A stretch of DNA of 32,000 nt from Allobaculum fili (GTDB taxonomy: Bacteria > Bacillota_I > Bacilli_A > Erysipelotrichales > Erysipelotrichaceae): assembly GCF_020969955.1 (NCBI RefSeq), contig NZ_JAHDSX010000012.1:1-32000 (forward strand), read 5' to 3'. The position numbers and the translations under genes are program-made. Shown in pieces: positions 1 through 8,368 of this stretch (the stretch's first letter is position 1; each line of letters begins with the position of its first letter). The notes beneath the pieces are model-generated. The model ran no database searches. It was given only the letters and a program-made list of their open reading frames with translations, and was not told where the DNA came from.

Positions 1-166
<166 letters not shown>

Positions 167-278
167 AGATTCGAGAAAGCTATACGCAAGAAGCCACTAC
201 GAAACCAACGATCGCGTTAGATCGTTATGTTGGAAGACTGATGTTTGTTTTTGGAAGATCCATTCAAAAAAATCTAAG

Positions 279-387
279 TACGGTGACGATAGCCTGCAGG
301 ATACACCCAGAAACATATCGAACCTGGCCAGTTAAGCTGCAGAACGCCGACAATAGCCGCAAGGCAAAGATAGGAAGTTGCCGAACA
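279..387 (+). rRNA. rrf: 5S rRNA
   Basis: Terminal helix cggtgac (281-287) pairs with gttgccg (377-383, one G-U). The internal 5S signature cgaacctggccagttaagc is present. Position directly after 23S. Ends are approximate (+/-5 nt). Confidence 0.8.
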
Positions 388-392
388 TGAAG

Positions 393-447
393 AATCCCCC
401 GAGAGATAAAGGAGAAATCCGATATCTTTCGGGGGATTTTCTTTTTA
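393..447 (+). terminator. Rho-independent terminator of the rRNA operon
   Basis: 13-bp stem aatcccccgagag (393-405) / ctttcgggggatt (426-438, one G-U), followed by ttttctttttatt. Confidence 0.75.
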
Positions 448-865
448 TTGTCTCGTCGGTTTCAACCTTCGAGCGGGTCGGATACTCGATTACGGCAACT
501 GGAAGTCAGTCTGGGCAAGCTGACGAATACGGGTCTCGTCTTGCCCAGTCATGCCGTATCTGTGCCGCAATGGGCACTTCCTGCTCATAAAAAACGGTCT
601 CTCTTGGATACCGGATTGCTGCATGGGGCGTTTGCAGAGCGTATACAACGTGTACAGCTTGTACAGTTCGATCTGCTGCAAAGCTGTGTCCAGATAAGGC
701 CTTAGCTAATCCGGAATGGGCGCTCCACAAAGCAAACGTTTTCTCTTCGCTAAACATCAAACGGGCGGTCCCGTTCTGTATCTGCCGTTTTACATGATCC
801 TGTTTTATGGTAGTTTCCAGGTATAGCCGCTGGGCTTCGGCATCTTCATTTTCTTCCCGTTCGCA

Positions 866-910
866 AAGAAAACCCCTGCGGTCCGGTTATGTCCGGTCAG
901 CAGGGGTTTG
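866..910 (-). terminator. Terminator downstream of the DHHW/MBOAT operon (hairpin usable on both strands)
   Basis: Perfect 9-bp stem aacccctgc (871-879) / gcaggggtt (900-908). On the minus strand it is followed by ttctttgcg. It lies ~20 nt after the stop at 928. Confidence 0.6.
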
Positions 911-927
911 GCGTTTCTTATGGAAAA

Positions 928-2079
928 TCAGGCTTCAGGGGTTACGTGTTTCTCGTTCCATGAGTTGAGAAGATCTTTCAGAGATGGAATGGTGGAGAAG
1001 GTATCGATCGAGTAAACGAAGGCACAGTCGGTGTACAGATCCGAGCCGAGAACCAGATCCAGATCGTCGTAGTAGTAACGGGGATCGATGATGGTAATCG
1101 ATGAGAAATACGGAAGGAGATACTGGATCATGCTGTTGGCATAGGAATCCTTGAACAGCAGCAAAGTCCGATCGGTCTGGGCATCGGTATCGATCCGTAT
1201 GCGGGACTGGTTGGCGCCCAGGAAAACCTGATACTGATCCTTGGTTTTCAGCGCATCCTTGTTATAGATCGAAGACGACTGCGTACCGTCCGCCCAGGTC
1301 ACAATGTAGCCCGGGTTGTTTTTGGATACTGCGATTTCGATACGGTCTTCCAGACCGACGGATCCGGTTTTGGACGCGAGCGTTCCTTCGAACGTATCGG
1401 AAACCGGCATGCGATCGAAATCTTCGGGATTGGGCGCGATGCCCATGGAATTCAAAAGCTGAATCGACGCAATTGCCGCACCGAGAGAAGTCCAGTGATG
1501 GTCAGTTCGATAGTAGATGTATTCGTTTTTCTGATCGCTTAAGCCGGAGCGGACATCTACGCCGGCCGGTCCGTTCAGCGACGAATAGATCAGATCGAAC
1601 GATGGATTGACATCGCGCGCCTGCGCATCGAGCGGCAGTTTCTGCGGCTGAATGGTGGCGGCAGATGGTGCTGTCAGCACGTAGCAGGGAATGCCCTGCA
1701 GGGAAGAAAACTGATTGATCGCATCCACGCTGGAGCGGATAAGATCTTCATTCGCCTCTTCCGGATTCGCGAGCAGCGCTCCTTTTCCGAGAAAAACAGA
1801 ATTCAGCTCACGCTGACCGGACAGCTTTCGAATCAGATAGTTCGCGTGAAAAAACGTATTTCGGCCGGGAATCTGGTCCGTGAACCAGGTGTTCATTTCC
1901 TCGCCGGTTTTTCCGGTTTGCAGCGCATTCAGCGACCAGTCTGCCCCCCTGGCCAGCGAACGGTTTTCAACATCGGAAAACGAGCGGTCGGGCTCAATGA
2001 GGGAAAGGACAAGCATTCCCGCCAGAAGAACGCTCATCGAGGGAACCAGATAGGGATTGGTTCTTTTCTTTTTCTTCAT
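928..2079 (-). CDS. DHHW-family protein (AlgJ/AlgX/DltD-like SGNH-fold extracytoplasmic acyltransferase partner)
   Basis: 383-aa ORF with N-terminal membrane anchor LVPSMSVLLAGMLVLSLI. DHHW motif in YYRTDHHWTSLGA and a later FKDSYANS motif. Starts 15 nt after the MBOAT gene. Confidence 0.85.
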   Translation of the reverse strand: MKKKKRTNPYLVPSMSVLLAGMLVLSLIEPDRSFSDVENRSLARGADWSLNALQTGKTGEEMNTWFTDQIPGRNTFFHANYLIRKLSGQRELNSVFLGKGALLANPEEANEDLIRSSVDAINQFSSLQGIPCYVLTAPSAATIQPQKLPLDAQARDVNPSFDLIYSSLNGPAGVDVRSGLSDQKNEYIYYRTDHHWTSLGAAIASIQLLNSMGIAPNPEDFDRMPVSDTFEGTLASKTGSVGLEDRIEIAVSKNNPGYIVTWADGTQSSSIYNKDALKTKDQYQVFLGANQSRIRIDTDAQTDRTLLLFKDSYANSMIQYLLPYFSSITIIDPRYYYDDLDLVLGSDLYTDCAFVYSIDTFSTIPSLKDLLNSWNEKHVTPEA

Positions 2080-2094
2080 TGGGAAGTCTCCTTT

Positions 2095-3477
2095 CTAAAA
2101 CGCCGCATAGAGGAAGGTCTGCGCCGTAGCGCTCACCAGGAACGATACGCAGATCAAAAAGACAAGGCACCAGCTGACGGTAACCAGAACCGAGCTGGCT
2201 TTCGGGAACAGGCGATGAACCAGACGGCCCAGATAGACGCTCAGACCCGAAGAAAGCACAATCGCAAGGATCAGCAGGAAAATGGACTGACAGAGCACAA
2301 ACAGCGCGTCTGCGTCTGCAAAAGACGATACGCCGATAAAGAAGTAACGGCCGATGACGGAAAGTCCGCCAAGCAGCGTCGGCGAGAAGAAGAAGGTCCA
2401 GCCGATCAGCTGCGTCAGCACGAGATAAATATGACGAACCCAGTGCGGCATCTTCTCCATGAACTTGTTGATCCACTGGTTTTCCGCCAGAATCAGAGCG
2501 CCCTGATACAGTCCCCACACCAGGAACGGAAGGGTTGCTCCATGATACAGGCCGGTCAGTACCCACACCGTCAGGACGTTCAGAATCCAGCGCGTATGAC
2601 TGACGCGGTTGCCGCCCATCGGAATGTAGACGTACTGCCGGAACCAGCTGGTCAGTGAAATGTGCCAGCGTCTCCAGAATTCCTGAACGGAAAGCGCCAT
2701 GTACGGCAGGGAGAAGTTGGGATCGATCGTAAAGCCAAAAAGCGAACCGATGCCGCGAGCCATGCGGGAATAGCCGGAAAAATCGAAATAAAGCTGGAAA
2801 AAGTAGGCAAATCCATACAGCAGGGAACCGACCCAGCTCGTATTGCTGGCGAGGGCCGCAAAGATCAGAGCAAAGTTATCCGCAAGGATGACTTTACGAA
2901 AGAGCCCCTGTAAAAACAGCGTCATGCCGTCGAACGTCTTCTGTCTGGATGTCGGATGATCTTCAAGCTGTTCCTTCATTTTGGCGTAATGGGCAATCGG
3001 TCCCATGTTAATGCGGCCAAAGAACGCGGCGAAGACACCGAATTCCACAAAGGAAGCCGGTGCTTCGGCTCTTCCGTAATAGACGTCAAACAGGCAGGAC
3101 ATGCAGGAGAACATGTAAAACGAAAGTCCCATCGGCATCAGAGACGGCAGGCGCGAAAGCGTTGGGCTTAAAAAGCCAAACCAGACGCCGATATAGCGAT
3201 AGAACAGCACGATGAACAAATCCACGCCAATGGCTGTCCAGAGCATGATTTTGCTCGTGTGTTCGTCTTCGCTGGCGCCGATCGTATGGGCAGCTCCATA
3301 GTTCCAGAGCAGAATGATCAGAAGCGTAAGCAGAGACGTCAGACCGCCCCACGCGTAGAAGAGCAGGGAAACGATCAGAATGTAGAGATTGGCCAGGTGC
3401 GTACGGCTGACATAGCGATAGAGCAGCCAGACGACGGGCAGAAAGCCAAACAGAAAGGTCAGATCCGTAAATACCAT
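2095..3477 (-). CDS. MBOAT-family membrane O-acyltransferase (AlgI/DltB/PatA-like)
   Basis: 460-aa polytopic ORF. MBOAT core FWRRWHISLTSWFRQYVYIPMGGNR with the conserved His, then GLYHGA. Tightly packed between the DUF4358-like and DHHW genes. Confidence 0.9.
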   Translation of the reverse strand: MVFTDLTFLFGFLPVVWLLYRYVSRTHLANLYILIVSLLFYAWGGLTSLLTLLIILLWNYGAAHTIGASEDEHTSKIMLWTAIGVDLFIVLFYRYIGVWFGFLSPTLSRLPSLMPMGLSFYMFSCMSCLFDVYYGRAEAPASFVEFGVFAAFFGRINMGPIAHYAKMKEQLEDHPTSRQKTFDGMTLFLQGLFRKVILADNFALIFAALASNTSWVGSLLYGFAYFFQLYFDFSGYSRMARGIGSLFGFTIDPNFSLPYMALSVQEFWRRWHISLTSWFRQYVYIPMGGNRVSHTRWILNVLTVWVLTGLYHGATLPFLVWGLYQGALILAENQWINKFMEKMPHWVRHIYLVLTQLIGWTFFFSPTLLGGLSVIGRYFFIGVSSFADADALFVLCQSIFLLILAIVLSSGLSVYLGRLVHRLFPKASSVLVTVSWCLVFLICVSFLVSATAQTFLYAAF

Positions 3478-3484
3478 AAATCCA

Positions 3485-3991
3485 TCATCCTTCCTTTAAG
3501 GCCAGTTCAAACGTCGACTGGATCTGTTCCGGATGGTCGCCGGTATAGTAAAGTGCGTAGTTGTCCTGGACATCGACCAGGGCGTTTTCCATCAGGCCGG
3601 CCTGTTCAGGGGCATAGCCCGAATAAATGTCATGCTGGGTGGAGATGCGGGACTCGACCGCCTCTTCAAATTTCTGCGCCTGTTCCGGAGTGGAAAAACG
3701 TACGAGCACCAGTTCGCTGGCGGACATGGCGTCGTCCACACGGTACATGGCCGCATTCTCGAATTCATCCGGATTGAGATTGATGTAGCGGCGAATTTTT
3801 GACGCCGATACTTCCGGATAGACGGCGGAATCAAGCGTTTCGGTGAGTTTCGCCTGAACGGTTTCAAAAGGGACTTCGGAATGAATCTTTCCGCCAAAGA
3901 GCTGAAAACCGAACAGCGCAAGCAGCAGAACCAGAGCCGCGCCCTGTAAAAACAGATAGCGTCTGGATTTAGAGGAAGACTGAAAATGCAT
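3485..3991 (-). CDS. Small membrane-anchored protein, DUF4358-like
   Basis: 168-aa ORF with one N-terminal TM (LFLQGAALVLLLALFGF) and a soluble domain. Size, layout and position next to an MBOAT/DHHW pair fit DUF4358. The family assignment is by eye only. RBS aaaggag lies upstream. Confidence 0.6.
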   Translation of the reverse strand: MHFQSSSKSRRYLFLQGAALVLLLALFGFQLFGGKIHSEVPFETVQAKLTETLDSAVYPEVSASKIRRYINLNPDEFENAAMYRVDDAMSASELVLVRFSTPEQAQKFEEAVESRISTQHDIYSGYAPEQAGLMENALVDVQDNYALYYTGDHPEQIQSTFELALKEG

Positions 3992-4009
3992 GGGCAGGCT
4001 CCTTTCGCT

Positions 4010-4044
4010 AAAACAAAAACAGGGAAAACAGTCCGTAAGGACTG
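4010..4044 (-). terminator. Internal rho-independent terminator between the SGNH gene and the DUF4358-like gene
   Basis: Minus strand reads cagtcc-ttac-ggactg, followed by ttttccctgtttttgtttt. This is only ~18 nt before the RBS of the next gene. Confidence 0.6.
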
Positions 4045-4112
4045 AAAAAGGTCAGAATCCGCATCCAGTCCAAAGGGAAAAGGAAAGCGGAATTTCAGAA
4101 AGATCCAGAAGG

Positions 4113-4952
4113 TTAATTCATGCCGGCCATGATCATGTTCTGGGCCCATTCGGGGTAGAAGCTGGTCAGAAAGTGAATGCCGTCGCGTTCATAAATGTTC
4201 GCGTGCCCGCCTTCGCTGAGGGAATCGTTATCCACATACGTCCAGCCGCGGCGTTCGCACATTTCCCTGATCTGCCGGTTGTAATCATCGATCTTCGTCC
4301 AGCGCGGATTCTGTTCTGTCTGTTCTGGAGAAGCGGAAATGATCGAGTTGATAATGATCTGCGTATTGGGAGAAACCGCGAGAATCTTATCGATGTTTTC
4401 TTCATAAATTTCGGCATAGCCGTTGTCGCCGCGATCCGCGCCGACATTGAGTTCCATATCGTTTACGCCATAGGAAAAGTAAATTTTCTGCGGCTGAACC
4501 TGAGCAATCTGATCCACAAAATCGGGAATGTTCAAAATCGTATCGCCGGCATGGGCGTCGACCTGTTCGGCGGGCAGGAAGCTGTACGCTTCAAAACCGT
4601 ACATGCGGGAATCCCCAAGAAGCAGAGAATTGCCAAAAAGGGAGAAGATCGAGCTCTTCCCGGACTGAACGGCTGCCAGCATCCGCTCTCTTCGCCGTTC
4701 GGAAAGCGAAGAGGAGAGGTCCTTAGTATCTTTTGTCGCCTGCGCTTCGAGATAGTCGCGGCCGGCTTTCAGATCGCTGTTGGGACGCGATAAAAAGAAG
4801 ACGGCAGTCCCGATCAGAATGCAGGCAGCCAGAAAGACGGGCAGACCAATTCTGGAAAAGCGGGAGCGGCTGGATTTTTTATCGGCAGCCGGTTTCTTTT
4901 TTTTCGTGCGCGCAGAAGGCGATGCCGCATTCTTATTCTGTCTCATACACAC
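4113..4952 (-). CDS. SGNH/GDSL-family hydrolase or acyltransferase, membrane-anchored
   Basis: 279-aa ORF with a basic N-terminus and one TM (IGLPVFLAACILIGTAVFFL). SGNH blocks are LLLGDSRMYGF (block I), YGVNDM (block III) and RDGIHF (block V). Confidence 0.85.
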   Translation of the reverse strand: MCMRQNKNAASPSARTKKKKPAADKKSSRSRFSRIGLPVFLAACILIGTAVFFLSRPNSDLKAGRDYLEAQATKDTKDLSSSLSERRRERMLAAVQSGKSSIFSLFGNSLLLGDSRMYGFEAYSFLPAEQVDAHAGDTILNIPDFVDQIAQVQPQKIYFSYGVNDMELNVGADRGDNGYAEIYEENIDKILAVSPNTQIIINSIISASPEQTEQNPRWTKIDDYNRQIREMCERRGWTYVDNDSLSEGGHANIYERDGIHFLTSFYPEWAQNMIMAGMN

Positions 4953-4996
4953 CTCATCAAAATCTATATCGACTGGAGTTTCTTTTAAATTCCAGA

Positions 4997-5026
4997 TTTA
5001 TACAAAACCAAAAAAATGGGAAACAA
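4997..5026 (-). promoter_or_regulatory. Putative sigma-A promoter of the SGNH gene
   Basis: Minus strand reads TTGTTT-18 nt-TATAAA, ~45 nt upstream of the ATG at 4952, with RBS gaggtg. Sequence match only. Confidence 0.35.
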
Positions 5027-5221
5027 AAAGATGGCTGTTCGCCATAAATTTGCCGATTCCTGAACGGAAAGAACGGAAGGCGACGGGATAAGTTTGAAAA
5101 AGGCGCGCTTCCGTTTTCGCCAGAAACTTCTGTCGAAAAAAGAAACAGTCGCCAAAAAATTCGTATTCGCGTTCCTTGCTCATTATCGCATATTTCCAGG
5201 GACTTAGCCGTCCCGATACGG

Positions 5222-5298
5222 CAAAAAAGAGGGAAGCGCCTTCGGTTATCAAACGAAGGAACACATTCGCCAGACCAGTGGAAACTTCGTGCGCTTCC
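5222..5298 (-). terminator. Branched terminator-like structure in the permease/SGNH spacer
   Basis: On the minus strand, outer stem ggaagcg (5298-5292) / cgcttcc encloses hairpin ccttcg-tttgataac-cgaagg, followed by ctcttttttgcc. It lies ~175 nt after the permease stop. Confidence 0.45.
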
Positions 5299-5470
5299 AG
5301 GCCGGTTCCGTTTGAGTGATCGGCTTTGAAATTGCCCGGAACTGTTGATTTCCTTATCGGATCTGGACAGCATGTACGCTCATTATAGGGGATCCGTACG
5401 GGAAAAGAAGGTCAATCTCCGGTTTTCTCCAATTCCCTTTCGAAAACGGGTAAAGCGCAGAACACCGTTC

Positions 5471-7474
5471 TCAGTACGGTTCCTGCGCGCTCGTCTGTAC
5501 GGTCAGCTTGTAGTACGTGCGGGCGGTCAGCTTATAAATCAGATAGTAGACCAGCGAGAACACGGCGAAGCAGAGAATGGAGATCGTATAAAACAGACGA
5601 TCCGGAATTCTTGTCATGCCCGTAAGAATCAGCCGCAAAATCGGCAGAGCGAACAGCGTATGGATCAAGGCCACATTTAAAGGCAGAAAGAACAGAATGC
5701 GCGTCTGCCGGGTAATCAGCCTGCGCAGTTCCTTTCGCTCAAAGCCGAGGTTTTGCAGGATCGTAAAGCGTCTTCGGTCTTCACTGCCTTCGGAAAGCTG
5801 CTTGTAGTACATGATCAGAATCACCGCAAGCATGAAGAAGGCACACATGTAAATGCCGAGCAGAAACAGCGCGTTAAAAAGCTCCATGACGTCACTTCGA
5901 TAGGACGTCCGAAACTGACAGTTAACACGGAAGGCATCCGAGTAAACCGCTGGATCCAGCCGTTTCGCAAATTCTTCTTCCAGGTGCTGCTGGAGGACGG
6001 GATCGTCCGCGCCGGGAAAATCGATCAGAACCTGCCAGCGCTGATTTTGCGAATCCATCGTTTCCGGAATATGTCCGGCGTAAAGATAGCGGGACATCAG
6101 ATAGGCAGGGATAGTTCCTTCCAGCGTTTCGATCAGGCTGTCGTCTTCCACAATTTCATACATTGCCGCCATCGAATCGGATCCGGAAGCTTCTGTCGCG
6201 GCGCTGCTCAGCGGAATATACAGCTTCAGCGGGTCCGGCTGGACGGCTGTTTCGGTCAGCGCCAGCAGCTGACCGTCCTTAAGGGAAAGATGCGTTCCAT
6301 TCATGCGATTCAGATCGTCAAGGTCGAGTATGGCCACATACTGGTCGGAAACATCGGCACAGAGCATCCATGCAGTGTGCAGGACGTGCACGGAAGACGC
6401 ATCGATCGAAAGGTCCTGAAGAATGTCTTTGGAGTCCTGTTCAAGCTGCGTGCTGTCAAAAGCCAGCGGTTCTTCACTGAGCAGATCGATATCCACTTCG
6501 ACAGGCGCAGGCATGACGGCCTGCACATTCATTTCCATGCCCGTCACCAGCGACAGTGTGGAGGACATGGTCACAATGAGCATGGTCGACAAAATAGCGA
6601 TATTGGCCAGCGCCCATGCGTTTTTGCGCAGACGAAATTTCTGTATGGACAGCGAGACAAAATGGTCCGGCGTGTAATAAAACCGTTTCCACTTCTGAAG
6701 CAGGCTCAGAAACGCCTGAGCGCCATACAGAAAGGTGAGCCAGGTGCCGATAATGACGAGAAAGACCGCCGCAAAAAACAGGAAAAGCGCCGCACTTGGA
6801 GACTCGGTCAAAAGCGCAATGAGATAGCCGCTCACCAGACAGGCGAGCCCCGCCAGAGCGGCGATCCAGTGGGTCCGGCGGCCGCTTTGCGAGACGTGAG
6901 AGGCCTGCATGGATGCCAGCGGATCGCTGCTCCACAGCTGCAGAAACGACCACAGAAAAAGCGCCCCGTAACAGAAGGCGGTCCAGCAGCACAGACCGCG
7001 CAGGCCGAGCGGGGAAATGTGCAAAGACGTCAGAGGCAGCACTTCAATCATGCGGCAGATGAACAAATACAGAATCTGATCAAAGCTGACGCCAACGAGC
7101 AGAGAAGCCGGTACGGTCACCAGAGCAAACAGACCCAGCTGATAAAACAGAATGCGGTAGAGGTGGCGCTTCTCCATGCCAAGCACCATCATCAGGCCGT
7201 TCTGTTTCTGGTTGGCCGAAATCCAGGCGGAATTGAGATAGAAGAAAAGAATCAGAGTAAAAAAGATCAGAAGCGGCAGTTCGAGGAGGAGCATTTCCCG
7301 ATACCAGGAAATGCCGTAAATCGGTGAGGCTGAAAACATCGGGTTTTCGATCATCGACAGGACGGAATACACCATGGCGCCCATAAGAATGCCGCCGCCC
7401 GCAAACGGGACGGAAAGCCTGTAGTTTTTCTGAATGAAGTGCAGGGCGAGATGGAGATAGAGACGTTTTTTCAT
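5471..7474 (-). CDS. BceB-type ABC transporter permease (FtsX-like, large extracellular loop)
   Basis: 667-aa ORF. Hydrophobic helices cluster at both ends around a ~200-aa hydrophilic central domain. ATGA start/stop overlap with the upstream ATPase gene. Confidence 0.85.
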   Translation of the reverse strand: MKKRLYLHLALHFIQKNYRLSVPFAGGGILMGAMVYSVLSMIENPMFSASPIYGISWYREMLLLELPLLIFFTLILFFYLNSAWISANQKQNGLMMVLGMEKRHLYRILFYQLGLFALVTVPASLLVGVSFDQILYLFICRMIEVLPLTSLHISPLGLRGLCCWTAFCYGALFLWSFLQLWSSDPLASMQASHVSQSGRRTHWIAALAGLACLVSGYLIALLTESPSAALFLFFAAVFLVIIGTWLTFLYGAQAFLSLLQKWKRFYYTPDHFVSLSIQKFRLRKNAWALANIAILSTMLIVTMSSTLSLVTGMEMNVQAVMPAPVEVDIDLLSEEPLAFDSTQLEQDSKDILQDLSIDASSVHVLHTAWMLCADVSDQYVAILDLDDLNRMNGTHLSLKDGQLLALTETAVQPDPLKLYIPLSSAATEASGSDSMAAMYEIVEDDSLIETLEGTIPAYLMSRYLYAGHIPETMDSQNQRWQVLIDFPGADDPVLQQHLEEEFAKRLDPAVYSDAFRVNCQFRTSYRSDVMELFNALFLLGIYMCAFFMLAVILIMYYKQLSEGSEDRRRFTILQNLGFERKELRRLITRQTRILFFLPLNVALIHTLFALPILRLILTGMTRIPDRLFYTISILCFAVFSLVYYLIYKLTARTYYKLTVQTSAQEPY

Positions 7475-8235
7475 AAACCGTGCTCCTGACGGTTCATTAA
7501 AAGCAGTGCGTCCGTAATTTTCTGGGCAAACTCGCTCTGGCTTTGCCCCCCGCGGTAAATCTGATGGAAAATGCGGCCGTCGCGAATGAACAGCACCCGG
7601 TTCGCAAAACTGGCGGCCATGGCGGAATGCGTCACCATGACGATCGTCTGGCCGCGCGCATGAAGCCGCTCAAACAGCTCAAGCAGCTGATGCGAGCTCG
7701 AAGAGTCGAGCGCGCCGGTCGGCTCATCCGCTAAAAGCAGATCGGGATTACAGATGAGGGCTCTGGCCGCTGCGGCCCGCTGTTTCTGTCCCCCGGAAAT
7801 TTCAAAGGGGTATTTATTGAGGATGGACTGAATGCCAAGTTCATTGGCGATGGAGCGCATTTTTTCTTCCATTTGCGCCGGAGCTGTGCGGTTTAAAACA
7901 AGCGGAAGCAAAATGTTGTCGCGAAGGGTAAAGGTATCGAGCAGCGCGTAGTCCTGAAAGACAAAGCCGAGATGATTGCGGCGAAACGCGCTGCGCTTTT
8001 TTGCGGAAAGGGAATAGAGATCTTCGCCATCGATCAAAACGCTTCCGCTCGTCGGAGCGTCGAGCCCGGCGAGAATATGGAGCAGCGTAGATTTTCCAGA
8101 TCCGCTTTCGCCCATGATGGCGGTAAATTCGCCGCGCTCAATGGAAAAGCTGACATCCTGCAGCGCCAGCGTACTCAAAGAGGAAAAAGACGAACGATAA
8201 ATTTTCTGAACATTGCGTACATCCAGTAAAGCCAT
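7471..8235 (-). CDS. ABC transporter ATP-binding protein (BceA/MacB-type)
   Basis: Walker A GESGSGKST, signature ISGGQKQR, Walker B LLLADEPTGALD, H-loop VMVTHS. 254 aa. Confidence 0.95.
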   Translation of the reverse strand: MALLDVRNVQKIYRSSFSSLSTLALQDVSFSIERGEFTAIMGESGSGKSTLLHILAGLDAPTSGSVLIDGEDLYSLSAKKRSAFRRNHLGFVFQDYALLDTFTLRDNILLPLVLNRTAPAQMEEKMRSIANELGIQSILNKYPFEISGGQKQRAAAARALICNPDLLLADEPTGALDSSSSHQLLELFERLHARGQTIVMVTHSAMAASFANRVLFIRDGRIFHQIYRGGQSQSEFAQKITDALLLMNRQEHGL

Positions 8236-8368
8236 GTCTTTCTCCTTTCTCTTCTGGACACCGGGCTGCCGCTTTCAGGCAGCTTTGGCTTTTTCCAGAG
8301 TCTTTCCTGCATGCAGACAGGCAAATAAGCAAATGCAATTATGCAAAAATGATTTTTCATTTAGGGGA

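Noticed and set aside
378-760. Small ORFs (63-85 aa, both strands) overlapping the 5S gene, its terminator and the downstream spacer
   Set aside because: They overlap RNA features or each other, and none has an SD. Only the frame-disrupted minus-strand remnant is kept, as a low-confidence finding.
4957-5373. 138-aa and 88-aa minus-strand ORFs in the permease/SGNH spacer
   Set aside because: They are Arg/Phe/Ser-rich and lack an SD, and they cross terminator hairpins. I treat the region as non-coding (see findings).
5753-7327. 524-aa + strand ORF opposite the BceB-type permease
   Set aside because: It is in phase with the permease codons and has an Arg/Gln/Lys-rich composition that does not look protein-like. 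The permease frame has coherent TM helices.
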